64,000 bases of DNA from assembly GCA_003599755.1 (NCBI GenBank), contig QZJO01000009.1:86140-150139 (forward strand). The letters are read 5' to 3'. Under the pieces are notes generated by a model, which saw only the letters and a program-made list of their open reading frames with translations, was not told the origin of the DNA and ran no database searches. The translations under genes and the position numbers were made by a program. Position 1 is the first letter of the stretch, and each line of letters starts with the position of its first letter. This document shows positions 17,434-26,914 of the stretch, piece after piece. This stretch comes from Candidatus Parcubacteria bacterium. GTDB lineage: Bacteria; Patescibacteriota; Minisyncoccia; Sungbacterales; SURF-37.

Positions 17434-18717
17434 CTAAATCGGCAATGTCGGCGGAGGCTCCGCGCGCCGCGCCGGAATGCGCGGCAACAGCGGGGCCTTG
17501 GTTGCCAAGCCTGGAAAATGGAAAATCGTCGCAAGCTCTTCGCTATTCAATACGATCCGCTTTGATTTCATCAGAATGGTATCGGTGAAGCGCTTGCGCA
17601 GCCGGAAATATTTATAGAAGAGCTGCTTCTTTTCGAGCTTCACCTTGCGCTTGAGGAATCCGGGCCACCACCAGGTAGTTGCCGTGGCCATGGCATTGCC
17701 ATTGAGTTTAAAGCTATTGAGCGTAAGCGTATTATATTGCTTCAGGCCGCCGATGAATGAGGACAGATGGGATAGGCCGAAACGGTCACGCCGCGCGATA
17801 TAGGTGAAACGGATCACCGTCGAGAAGCCCGGCTTTGTGATGTTGCGGGAGATCGCCTTAATCTGCTCTTCGATATTCGCCGGAATCATCTTGAATTCGA
17901 ATGCCGGCTTTTTCTCCGGAGCCGGTTGCGCGGTTCCGAGTAACGCGCCGGATAATTCCTGCGCTATCATTCCGATCATGCTTTTTTTCTCCGGTACTTT
18001 TTCCCCCGCGAGTTTTTTGATCAGCGCCTCACCCTCGACTTTCCAATCGTCATCCTCCGCCGGTTGGAACAATAGCTGGTAGGCCATGTATTCGCCCGGC
18101 CCGATTTTACCGAACGCTTCGGCCATGGACGAAAACGGATCGACTTTCTCATATTCCTCCTGGCCCGGCTGCATGGAGACGAAATCCCGGTAGGTACGGA
18201 TCGGATAGGCATCTTCTTTCGCCAGGGAAAATTCGATGCCGAACAAATCCCATTCGGGCGTCGGCATGGTCGGCGGCAGTCGCCGGACGTAGTCCTCCAC
18301 TTCCACGACCTCGGCTTCGGGATACTGGGCGTAGAGATGGTTTTCGACGACGTTGCGGAAAAAAACCGGCGTGCGGATGTAAAAATGCACCTCGCCCTCG
18401 AGCGAGACCATTTCGAATATGATGTAATCGCGCTGCAGCCCCTGCCACCAGACCTCAAGCGGATCCAACGACCAAATCATGGTCTGCAATCCGCCGTAGA
18501 GCTGCTCCATCGCCTCAGGTGTTTTGGGGATGTCGCGCGGAATGCGTATCTCCAAAAGTACCCATTCGAGATTGGCGAAGTACCGTACCTTCAAATAGTA
18601 CTTCCAGAGCGCCCTGCCCGTGACAAAGAGCATGGGCGGCATCCACATCCACCACGTGTGGCTAAACAGCGCCACAACGATCGCGAGGTTATCAAGAAAA
18701 TCGAAGATGAATCCCAT
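17434..18717 (-). CDS. Conserved membrane-anchored protein, partner of the TraD-like ATPase
   Basis: LLEIRIPR..KTPEAMEQ, LYAQYPEAEV, YPIRTY, DPFSS and LNSEELATIFHFP; TATACT 6 nt before the ATG. Confidence 0.8.
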   Translation of the reverse strand: MGFIFDFLDNLAIVVALFSHTWWMWMPPMLFVTGRALWKYYLKVRYFANLEWVLLEIRIPRDIPKTPEAMEQLYGGLQTMIWSLDPLEVWWQGLQRDYIIFEMVSLEGEVHFYIRTPVFFRNVVENHLYAQYPEAEVVEVEDYVRRLPPTMPTPEWDLFGIEFSLAKEDAYPIRTYRDFVSMQPGQEEYEKVDPFSSMAEAFGKIGPGEYMAYQLLFQPAEDDDWKVEGEALIKKLAGEKVPEKKSMIGMIAQELSGALLGTAQPAPEKKPAFEFKMIPANIEEQIKAISRNITKPGFSTVIRFTYIARRDRFGLSHLSSFIGGLKQYNTLTLNSFKLNGNAMATATTWWWPGFLKRKVKLEKKQLFYKYFRLRKRFTDTILMKSKRIVLNSEELATIFHFPGLATKAPLLPRIPARRAEPPPTLPI

Positions 18718-18831
18718 AGAACTAGTATACGAAAGGCGGCGTTGCGGCCCAACCTATCGCGCTGGACAAGTTCCGGCCTACCATACGCCGACGGCTGCGG
18801 TTTTCAAGCGACCGGAACCCGAATGCCCGAC

Positions 18832-19872
18832 TTAGACCAGCTGGTACCCCTCGGTTGACCGGCGAAAGAGATCCTTGTTTTGCAGATTCAAAAACACGGT
18901 ATTCGGCTTCACGAAGCGCTGCGCCAGCACCCGCTTGGCGATCTCTTCTTTGGGCAGCGGCCGCTTCGCATTGCGCAAAATTTCGGCAATGATATCGCTG
19001 ACCGTGCCCGGCTGGTAGCCCCATTCGGACAACGCATACAGCCCCCGCCCCACGAGCACGAATCGGGAATCCTTGATCAGTTCATTGTGCACGGTCTGCG
19101 GATGCGCCCGGTGGTTGGACCAGCCCGACTTCGAAATGGCGCCCGCCACTTCCCGGAAATGCATGGGCTTTTGGGCCCGCGCGAGTACCGCGTAGGCCTT
19201 GTCCTTCACGCCGCGCGGTCGGATCGTCGGCCACGAGACCAAGCCGAACTCGCCATACGGATTCTGCTTGATGAGTTTCGAGATACTCAAATACGATTCG
19301 AGCGTATCGGGATTCGGCACGGAGCCAAGCACGTCGCGCGCGTGCGTCTTCAAAATCTGGAACATATCGGCCGCGGGAATGGGCTTTTTCTTTTCGGCCA
19401 ATTCTTCGGCCGCGCGGGCCATGATCGACTGCGCGGCTTTCAGCGATTCTTCTTTCGTATACCAGCGGTCGTGCCACGTATCTTCCTCGCGCTTAGCCGA
19501 AAACGGTTGGCCGACGGTCAACAGGAAATACACGTGATTGTGGAATTTCGGTTCAATGACCGAATGGAGCAGCTTTGATTCCTCGCACACGTGTCCGTGA
19601 TGGGCAAAATGATTTTCGAGTGCGGCAAACGTCGGCGCGAATGCGGCGACGGCCTCGGATTTGGCAAGCTGGCGCAATCCCTCGGCTTCGATCTGGCGCA
19701 CCCGTTCCCGAGTGACCTTGAACGAGCGACCAATGGATTCGAGCGTCTCGGGTTCCTTACCGCGGAGCCCAAACCGGCGCTCTAACACCTCGCGCACCCG
19801 CGCCGAAGGAAGCGACTTGAGGGCAGTCGCGATCACTTCGCGGGGATGGACGGGAAGAGTAAGTTTTTGCAT
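18832..19872 (-). CDS. Sigma-70 region-4-like HTH plus HARE-HTH protein
   Basis: RRFGL...[18 protein letters not shown]; [34 protein letters not shown]. Confidence 0.85.
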   Translation of the reverse strand: MQKLTLPVHPREVIATALKSLPSARVREVLERRFGLRGKEPETLESIGRSFKVTRERVRQIEAEGLRQLAKSEAVAAFAPTFAALENHFAHHGHVCEESKLLHSVIEPKFHNHVYFLLTVGQPFSAKREEDTWHDRWYTKEESLKAAQSIMARAAEELAEKKKPIPAADMFQILKTHARDVLGSVPNPDTLESYLSISKLIKQNPYGEFGLVSWPTIRPRGVKDKAYAVLARAQKPMHFREVAGAISKSGWSNHRAHPQTVHNELIKDSRFVLVGRGLYALSEWGYQPGTVSDIIAEILRNAKRPLPKEEIAKRVLAQRFVKPNTVFLNLQNKDLFRRSTEGYQLV

Positions 19873-19881
19873 GGCTCGGAT

Positions 19882-20793
19882 CTACGCGGCTCGCATGCGT
19901 CCGGCACGGCGTTCGTCCCAGCGGCGCCAGGTAACCAGAAGCGGGCTTGCAATACAGATAGAAGAATACGTTCCGGCAATAATGCCGATAATCAAGGTAA
20001 TACTGAACATTTTGGTGCTCTGGCCGCCAAAGAGCCACACGGCCCCTAACGCCAGAACCACAGTCAGCGAGGTATTGATCGATCGGACGAGCGTCTCGCG
20101 CACGCTTCTGGCCACCAGAAGCGAAAACTCGTCCCCCGGGCGGCGGGAAAGATTCTCGCGGACCCGGTCAAACACTACAATCGTATCATGGACCGAAAAG
20201 CCCAAAATTGTCAAGATAGCGGTCACAGCAAGCATATCGACCTCGTATCCCCAAAACATTCCGGCTAGCGCGAAGAATCCGACGGGTATGGCGACATCGT
20301 GCAAGAGGGCGATGACGGTTACGATGCCGTATTTCCAAGACGCAACAGGCAATGAAACCTTTCGGAAGGCAAATGCGATGTAGGAAACGATCAGGAGGAT
20401 CACAAGGCCGATCGCGACCAGCGATCGGCGGGCCATTTCGCGGCCGATCGTCGGGCCGATGGTATCGTAGCGGCGTTCGGCGAACTCCCCGCCCGTATGG
20501 CGTACCGCGGCGCCCAGGGCCTGATGCTCTTCTTCGGTGACATGGCGAAACCGCAGGATCATTCCCTGCTCACCCGTCGGTTGGATGCTTACGCTGCCCA
20601 GATCCAACGGCGCGATAGCCGCTCGCATGGCCTCTACCTCCGGCCGCGCGTTCATGAATTCTATTTCCCAAAGCGTGCCGCCGGTAAAATCAATGCCGAG
20701 GCGCAATCCGGCAAATACCAATAGCACCACGCTTGCCGCGATCACGAGCGCCGAAAGGCCATACCAGAGCGAACGAAGTTTGATGACGGACAT
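19882..20793 (-). CDS. secF: Protein translocase subunit SecF
   Basis: LGIDFTGG, IGPTIG, ALLHDV, GFSVHDTIVVFDRVREN and GTYSSI motifs. Confidence 0.96.
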   Translation of the reverse strand: MSVIKLRSLWYGLSALVIAASVVLLVFAGLRLGIDFTGGTLWEIEFMNARPEVEAMRAAIAPLDLGSVSIQPTGEQGMILRFRHVTEEEHQALGAAVRHTGGEFAERRYDTIGPTIGREMARRSLVAIGLVILLIVSYIAFAFRKVSLPVASWKYGIVTVIALLHDVAIPVGFFALAGMFWGYEVDMLAVTAILTILGFSVHDTIVVFDRVRENLSRRPGDEFSLLVARSVRETLVRSINTSLTVVLALGAVWLFGGQSTKMFSITLIIGIIAGTYSSICIASPLLVTWRRWDERRAGRMRAA

Positions 20794-20799
20794 AACCGA

Positions 20800-22161
20800 T
20801 CAAGAAGCGATACCGCGCGCGAATCCCGACGTGAACAGCCACCGCGCCCGTCCCAGGCGGGGCGCGAGCGCCGCGAATAGGAACGTCCGCGATACGGTGA
20901 TGGCCGACAGCATGGAAATGAGCACCCCGATGCCGAGCGTCAGCGCGAATCCACGCACCGCGCTCTGGCCGAGCCAGTACAAGATGAGCGCCGTGATCAA
21001 GCTCGACACGTTCGAATCGCGGATCGAAGTCCAGGCGCGAGCGAATCCTTCCCGGATCGCCGCCGGCAAATCGCGGCCGCGCTCCAGCTCTTCACGCATG
21101 CGTTCGAATATCAGAATATTCGCGTCCACCGCCATGCCGATCGAAAGAATGAAGCCGGCGATGCCCGCGGCGGTGAGCGTTACCGGAATCGCCTTGAACA
21201 ACAAGAGCATAATCGCGGCATAGATGACCAACGCGAGGACCGCGATGAGGCCGGGCAGCCGGTACCAGAAAAGCATGAAAACCGCGACCGCAAGAAACCC
21301 GACCACGACCGCGGCCAAGCTCTTCTGGAGCGAATCTTTGCCGAGCGACGCTTCCACCGTCTGCTGGTTGACGAGCGTGATCGGAACGGGCAGCGCGCCG
21401 GCGTTCAGCCGCCGTACCAGTTCCCGCGCTTCGGCGACCGTAAATTGACCCGTGATCTGCGCGCGGCCGCCGGTGATCGTCTCGCTCACCACCGGGGTCG
21501 AAAGCGGCGCGCCGTCCAAATAAATCCCGATAGGCCGGCCGACGTTGCGTGCGGTGATGACCTCGAACAATGCCGCGCCTTCATCGGTAAACTGCACGCT
21601 GATGAGCGGAGCGTTGGTCGTAGGATCGAACTGCAAATCCGCGCGCTCAAGATACCGGCCAGTCAGTTCCGTGGGCTGGAAAAACGGATCTTCAATCACT
21701 TCTTCGCCGTTTTGCGCGCGTTCGAGCAGCGCCTGGGTTTCGGCTTCGGGCCGCGGCTCTTTGAATTCAAGAAACGGCGTCTCGCCGATCTGACGGATCG
21801 CCTCGTTGATGTCGCGCACGCCGGCGAGTTCCACCGCCAGCCGGTATTCGTCGCCCGAGCGCTCTACTTGCACGACGGGTTCCGTGACGCCGAAAAGGTT
21901 TACCCGCCGTTCGATCACGTCGCGCAGGCCATCCATGGCCTCGGCCGGCGAGGCGCCGGCAAACGACGAAAAATCGGCGCGATAGAGCAGATGCGTCCCG
22001 CCTTGGAGATCAAGACCAAGACGGTACGGCCGCGTGACCGCGCCGATGCCGGGAATCGCGGCAAGCTGCGGCACGAAATCAGCGACCGCAACGGCGCCGG
22101 CGATCATGCCGACGACCAAAATCAGGATTGCCGCGATGCGCAGGCGAAACGTTCCGTTCAT
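20800..22161 (-). CDS. secD: Protein translocase subunit SecD
   Basis: LGLDLQGG, RRVNLFGVTEP, LNAGALP and GMAVDANILIFER motifs. Confidence 0.96.
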   Translation of the reverse strand: MNGTFRLRIAAILILVVGMIAGAVAVADFVPQLAAIPGIGAVTRPYRLGLDLQGGTHLLYRADFSSFAGASPAEAMDGLRDVIERRVNLFGVTEPVVQVERSGDEYRLAVELAGVRDINEAIRQIGETPFLEFKEPRPEAETQALLERAQNGEEVIEDPFFQPTELTGRYLERADLQFDPTTNAPLISVQFTDEGAALFEVITARNVGRPIGIYLDGAPLSTPVVSETITGGRAQITGQFTVAEARELVRRLNAGALPVPITLVNQQTVEASLGKDSLQKSLAAVVVGFLAVAVFMLFWYRLPGLIAVLALVIYAAIMLLLFKAIPVTLTAAGIAGFILSIGMAVDANILIFERMREELERGRDLPAAIREGFARAWTSIRDSNVSSLITALILYWLGQSAVRGFALTLGIGVLISMLSAITVSRTFLFAALAPRLGRARWLFTSGFARGIAS

Positions 22162-22230
22162 GCGAACGAAGAGTCAATGGATTTCTACTCTACGGAAAAC
22201 GGCCCGATAAGGCAAATCAGCCGAACCGAT

Positions 22231-22971
22231 TCAGAGCTTGGCCGGGATAAAATTGCCTACGCGTTCCCGCCAGATGCAAAACACGCATTCCGGGCTCGGG
22301 TCGGGAATCGGCTGTTCGAGGACGGTGATCCCCCGCTTGATGCGCGGCAGGACTGAGAGTGGATCGGTCTTCAATGTTTTGACCACCACGGCCATTTGCA
22401 CGCCATTGTGCAGATCCTCCGTGGAATCCGGATAGTAATAGATCAGGTGGCCGATGCCCGAAGTCGGCTTGCCGTTGGATTCGAGCAAAAACGCATACGC
22501 ATCGAGCTGCTCTTGATAGGAAGCGTACATTGCCCGCTCGATGCGCGGATCGGAACTCGAGGTCTTGTGGTCTACGGGCGTATACGTGCCGTCGGCGCGA
22601 ACCAGGCATTCGTCGAGTTTTCCCTTAAATCCGTATTGATCGTCCACGCGATAGAAATACTCCTCTTGGAACGGCGATTCGAGCCGGCCCTCGACGTGGC
22701 CGGCCACGATCGGCGGCAACTCGTCTGTGCCGCGAAAGCGGTCGAAATAATGCTTTACCAGTACGTCAAAGCGGTTCGCAAGCCGCGAGACAATGCCTTC
22801 GGGCTGGTAAATCCCTTGCCGATACTGCAGCCAAAAACAGCGCGGGCAGCGGTCCAGGCCGCCGAGACCCGTATGCGAGAGCCAGATCTTTCGGCCGTTG
22901 CGTCCGTTAGCCGCAGGCTTGGCGGCCGGCACGGATTTCGCGTTTTCGTTCAGCGGCATACTCATTTGCAT
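22231..22971 (-). CDS. PD-(D/E)XK nuclease, RecB/Cas4-like with Cys ligands
   Basis: CPRCFW, GKLDE, PVDHKT, QLDAY and C-terminal CVFC. Confidence 0.85.
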   Translation of the reverse strand: MQMSMPLNENAKSVPAAKPAANGRNGRKIWLSHTGLGGLDRCPRCFWLQYRQGIYQPEGIVSRLANRFDVLVKHYFDRFRGTDELPPIVAGHVEGRLESPFQEEYFYRVDDQYGFKGKLDECLVRADGTYTPVDHKTSSSDPRIERAMYASYQEQLDAYAFLLESNGKPTSGIGHLIYYYPDSTEDLHNGVQMAVVVKTLKTDPLSVLPRIKRGITVLEQPIPDPSPECVFCIWRERVGNFIPAKL

Positions 22972-23100
22972 ATTCCGTTGGAGATCGCCTTTACCGGCAT
23001 ATCGCACAGCGCACCATGGGCTCTGCAAACCATCAGCCCGCTTCCGCCATCATTGGCGATTTCTAACGGGGCACACCATCTCAGTATAGTGATCGATCGG

Positions 23101-23141
23101 AAAAAAGAAACCCGTCACGCGCTTGCTGGCGCGCGACGGGT
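23101..23141 (-). terminator. Intrinsic terminator
   Basis: acccgtc..gacgggt stem plus U-tract on the - strand. Confidence 0.6.
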
Positions 23142-23160
23142 CCTCGAGGTTATGGAGGCG

Positions 23161-23541
23161 TCAATCGTCGCAGCCGGGCCGGTCGCGCGGCGGCACGAAA
23201 CTCGCCAACATGCGCCGACTTTCCGCGGTCACACGCTCGAGCTCGGCATGCGCCGCAGTGTCAGGAATAATCTCGGGATTCCCAACGAGCTGCCACCGAC
23301 GCTGGCGCCCCGAAAGGAGCACCTCGATTTGATGGAGCAAGCGCGTCCGGACGATGGCATCCCCTTCCGCATAGTGGCAGGTACATGCAGGCAGGTCTTC
23401 CAGATTGAACTCGATGATGAAGACCCGCGCCGGCATCGCCACCATACGAATCGGGAATGCGCCGCGCATTGCGCGATCGATGTTGTGAGCTGCCGGTGCG
23501 TCGGGGTGCCCTCGATACACCAACGTGAACTTCGCGTACAT
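23161..23541 (-). CDS. Hypothetical protein
   Basis: 126 aa, AGGAGG SD, own terminator. Confidence 0.55.
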   Translation of the reverse strand: MYAKFTLVYRGHPDAPAAHNIDRAMRGAFPIRMVAMPARVFIIEFNLEDLPACTCHYAEGDAIVRTRLLHQIEVLLSGRQRRWQLVGNPEIIPDTAAHAELERVTAESRRMLASFVPPRDRPGCDD

Positions 23542-23579
23542 GCGCCCCTCCTGGCGATCGGAATCAAGTGTGCTGCCGA

Positions 23580-24683
23580 TTAGTATACTCTGTCCGCCCG
23601 TGATTGGGCACGCGCAAGTTTTTCAACACGCACGCCGATGAGCCGAATCGCTTTCCTTCGAGGGTTTTCCCGCGCATCCAAAAACGGCAACAACATCCGG
23701 AGCGATTCGGCGTACAGATCGTCGGCCGATGTCAGCGGCGTTCGGCTCGTATGCGACCGGGTAGCGGTTGCGAAATCCGCGAATCGGACGGTAATCACCA
23801 CAGTGCGAAACGTGGCGAACCCTTCGTTGTGGAGTCGCCGCACAACCGCCGCGCCCAGATCCCGCATGCGCTCGAGTATGAACGACGCGGCAAGCGTGTC
23901 GCGCTCGAACGTTTCTTGCTCCCCTACGGATTTGGGCTCCCCGTCGTTCGAAACAGGATCTTCGGACTGGCCGCGGGCATGGCGCCAAAGGCCGTCGCCC
24001 CATTTCCCGAATGCCTCGACAAGTACGGTCCGCGAAATATTGTGCAGATCGCCGATCGTACGGACGCCGCGCTTGGCAAGCTCTGTCTCGGTCTTCGGGC
24101 CGATGCCGGGCAGCGCACGGATCGCGAGCGGTGCAAGAAATTCGAGAACGCCGTCCGGCTCCACCACGGTGAGGCCGTCGGGTTTTTTGAAGTCCGACGC
24201 GATTTTTGCGACAAGCTTGTTTGGTCCGACGCCGATCGATGCGGTCAACCGCTCATTCTCGCGGATCGCGCGCTTGATCCGTTCAGCGAGCACGCGCGCC
24301 TTCGCGAATGAACCGGCTGACGAAACATCCACATACGCCTCGTCGATGCTCGCTTGTTCGAACCGATCCCCGAGCGGCGCGATGATGGCCATAATGCGCT
24401 CCGACGCGTCCTCGTATGCGTGAAAATTGGGCGTAACGAAAATCGTCGCTAATTCGCCCCGGCGCCGTGCGTCCTCGGCAAGCCGCCAGGCCCGGGAAAT
24501 CGGCATGGCTGAACGAATGCCATAACGCCGCGCCGCGTAGTTCGCAGTCGAGACCACGCCGCGCCCGCTGCCGCCCTGCGGATCAGCGCCGACCACAACG
24601 GGCTTATGGGAAAACTGCGGATTCTCCCGCTCCTCCACGGCGGCGAAAAACGCATCCATGTCTATATGTAAAATAATGCGCAT
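23580..24683 (-). CDS. dinB: DNA polymerase IV
   Basis: HIDMDAFFA, STANY.AR.YG, SIDEAY, KIASDFKKPDG and RLIGV motifs. Confidence 0.95.
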   Translation of the reverse strand: MRIILHIDMDAFFAAVEERENPQFSHKPVVVGADPQGGSGRGVVSTANYAARRYGIRSAMPISRAWRLAEDARRRGELATIFVTPNFHAYEDASERIMAIIAPLGDRFEQASIDEAYVDVSSAGSFAKARVLAERIKRAIRENERLTASIGVGPNKLVAKIASDFKKPDGLTVVEPDGVLEFLAPLAIRALPGIGPKTETELAKRGVRTIGDLHNISRTVLVEAFGKWGDGLWRHARGQSEDPVSNDGEPKSVGEQETFERDTLAASFILERMRDLGAAVVRRLHNEGFATFRTVVITVRFADFATATRSHTSRTPLTSADDLYAESLRMLLPFLDARENPRRKAIRLIGVRVEKLARAQSRADRVY

Positions 24684-24709
24684 GGCACACGCAGTATAGC
24701 CAAAAATGG

Positions 24710-24742
24710 ATCGAGCTGCCCGCGGCTTGCGGGCAGCTCGAT
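24710..24742. terminator. Hairpin terminator
   Basis: atcgagctgcccgc/gcgggcagctcgat. Confidence 0.6.
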
Positions 24743-24758
24743 ATAAGCTCGGGCGGCA

Positions 24759-25031
24759 TCAGCGCGACGGGCCAGCGGCCCAGCTCATCTCGATGACGAG
24801 GTTGTCGCGCGGAATGAACTTGTCCAAGGGCAGCGGCTGCGGCGCCCGGAGAAGAACCCGGTGCCGCGCATCCTCGAACGGCAGCGACGCGCACCACAAG
24901 GGATCCTGGCGTACCGCGATCAGCCCTTGGTTCAGCAACCGAATCAGGCAATCGCGCGGTCGCACGCCCCAGTGATACGCCATTGTGTCCCGGATCTCCC
25001 TGCCGTCCACGCGCGCGACGATGGTAAGCAT
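24759..25031 (-). CDS. Hypothetical protein
   Basis: 90 aa, GAAAGGAGG SD. Confidence 0.55.
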   Translation of the reverse strand: MLTIVARVDGREIRDTMAYHWGVRPRDCLIRLLNQGLIAVRQDPLWCASLPFEDARHRVLLRAPQPLPLDKFIPRDNLVIEMSWAAGPSR

Positions 25032-25079
25032 GCGCCCTCCTTTCCGCTATCGCGTGTCTAGCACAACTAAAATCACGGA

Positions 25080-26627
25080 TCAATCCGCCGGCTGCTCCTC
25101 GATGATGTTCTCTCCATTACCGATCGACTGGTAGATCGCCGCGCCCGTCCTCACTGGTGCGGCCGCTGGTTCATCGCCGGCGAACACGGTTCCGTAGACG
25201 TAATTCTCTTCCAAGTAGTCGATCACATGCTCGACATCGCGCGTCCGATCCTGCGAACCGAGTACGATGATCGCTACCGATCGCGTTCCGCCTTCGGAAA
25301 GACGCACGCGAAATACGCCGGCCAGGGTCTGGCCCGCGGCCGATGATTGGCCAGCTTTGCCGCCGAGGAATCGTTCGTCGTCGCGCCAATTCCCGTTGAT
25401 CCAGGTGTAACGCTCGCCGTTGACCGAAGTAATCGATTTTTCGCGGAGCGCCGCGATATCGAAAATAGGTTTTTTATGCTGGCTCAAAAACCGGAGTAGT
25501 TTGAAGATATCCTCGGCCGTAGAAACGTTTTGGGCGCCAATGCCGCTGGCATCCGCGAACGTCGTACGATGCATGCCGATGGCAGCGGCCTTTTGGTTCA
25601 TGGTATCTACGAACCGCCAGCCGTGGCGCGGATACAGCTCCGCAACGTCATTGGAGGACTCGAGCAGCAATGGATACAAAAGATCCTGCGAGCGGAATAT
25701 CTCACCCGCTTCGATGCCCTGGACGTGGCCCGGATAATCCAAAGCATTGGCTGGAATGCGGATCTCCTTGAAGCGATTGATGGACTCTATCGCCACGAGC
25801 GCAGTCATGAGCTTGGTAACGCTTGCGATCGGCCGCACGGCCTCGCGCTCGCGCTCAAACAGCACTCTGCCGGTCTCGAAATCCACGGCCAGGACGGATG
25901 GCGCGCTGATCGCGGGCGCAGGAGCCGGCCGGCCGTCGGTTCCGACGCGCCGGAAATATGCCCCTGCATCAGCCGGCGTCGCGTGGCCGGCATAGACCAG
26001 GACCGGCATGCCGTTTTTCGTTTCGCGGAAAAGTTCTTCCGAATCGGCCGTAGAAAGGCGAATGCAGCCGCCCGAATACGTATCCGCGACCGGCGCGCCG
26101 CTCGGGTAATACGGCCAGCCGTGGATGAAATAATTGCCGTAAAAATGCATGCTCCAGGGCATCCATACCTCACCAATGGAAGAAAAATGGTTCTCTTCCC
26201 GGGAGCGGATCTTATAGACACCGTTGGGCGTCTCGAAAAAACTGCCTTCTTCGCCGCGCGCCTTGATGGGAAATGCTTTTGCCGGAGCGCCTTCCCGCCA
26301 TACGACAATCTCCATCGCGGCAAGATCGGCGAATACAAAATCTTCACCCGCGGCAGCGAGTTTTTCCCGCTCGACAAGTACCGCTTCGCCGTTGGCAAAA
26401 ATCACCGCCCCGTCTTCGAGCGTCTGGTACTGCGGCTCGTTTGTTGTCGCCGGCGGTTCTCCGAAATCCGGCCGCGCGTCCACGACCGACCACTGGCCGA
26501 GGCGCCATGCGCCGAACCAAAGCCCGCTGAGCGCGGCAAACGCCAAGATGGTCACGATGACCCGCGGATGATACGCCGTTGGCATGGAAGTAGTCGATTG
26601 TACGCTACCGAGTTCTGAGTGCTTCAT
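25080..26627 (-). CDS. L,D-transpeptidase (YkuD) fused to D-Ala-D-Ala carboxypeptidase (S11)
   Basis: TPNG.Y and IHGWP...SGGCIRL; then ASVTKLMTA, SSN and GGKAG. Confidence 0.88.
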   Translation of the reverse strand: MKHSELGSVQSTTSMPTAYHPRVIVTILAFAALSGLWFGAWRLGQWSVVDARPDFGEPPATTNEPQYQTLEDGAVIFANGEAVLVEREKLAAAGEDFVFADLAAMEIVVWREGAPAKAFPIKARGEEGSFFETPNGVYKIRSREENHFSSIGEVWMPWSMHFYGNYFIHGWPYYPSGAPVADTYSGGCIRLSTADSEELFRETKNGMPVLVYAGHATPADAGAYFRRVGTDGRPAPAPAISAPSVLAVDFETGRVLFEREREAVRPIASVTKLMTALVAIESINRFKEIRIPANALDYPGHVQGIEAGEIFRSQDLLYPLLLESSNDVAELYPRHGWRFVDTMNQKAAAIGMHRTTFADASGIGAQNVSTAEDIFKLLRFLSQHKKPIFDIAALREKSITSVNGERYTWINGNWRDDERFLGGKAGQSSAAGQTLAGVFRVRLSEGGTRSVAIIVLGSQDRTRDVEHVIDYLEENYVYGTVFAGDEPAAAPVRTGAAIYQSIGNGENIIEEQPAD

Positions 26628-26646
26628 CAACTGAGGATAACGAGAA

Positions 26647-26874
26647 TTATCCGGGCAATTCCCGCATCAACCATTGGACGCGCCCGACCTCGCCAGTTTT
26701 CAGGCGTACTTTGATACCGCGCGGATGAAATTCGCGCGGGGTGAGAATATCCTGCACGAACCCTTGCGTATAGTTGTTCGTGCCGTAGTGCTCCTTTTCT
26801 ATGATCCAGACCGCATCGCCCGGCCTGATTTTCGAGCGCGGCGGCGGATTCGGATTGTCATTGCCCGGCTCCAT
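26647..26874 (-). CDS. YwbE family protein
   Basis: R..I.PG..V.I..K, G.V.DILT...HPRGIKVRL.TG.VGRV. Confidence 0.85.
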   Translation of the reverse strand: MEPGNDNPNPPPRSKIRPGDAVWIIEKEHYGTNNYTQGFVQDILTPREFHPRGIKVRLKTGEVGRVQWLMRELPG

Positions 26875-26914
26875 GACATTTCTTAGGGCGCAATCCTAAC
26901 AGGAAATCACTGTC

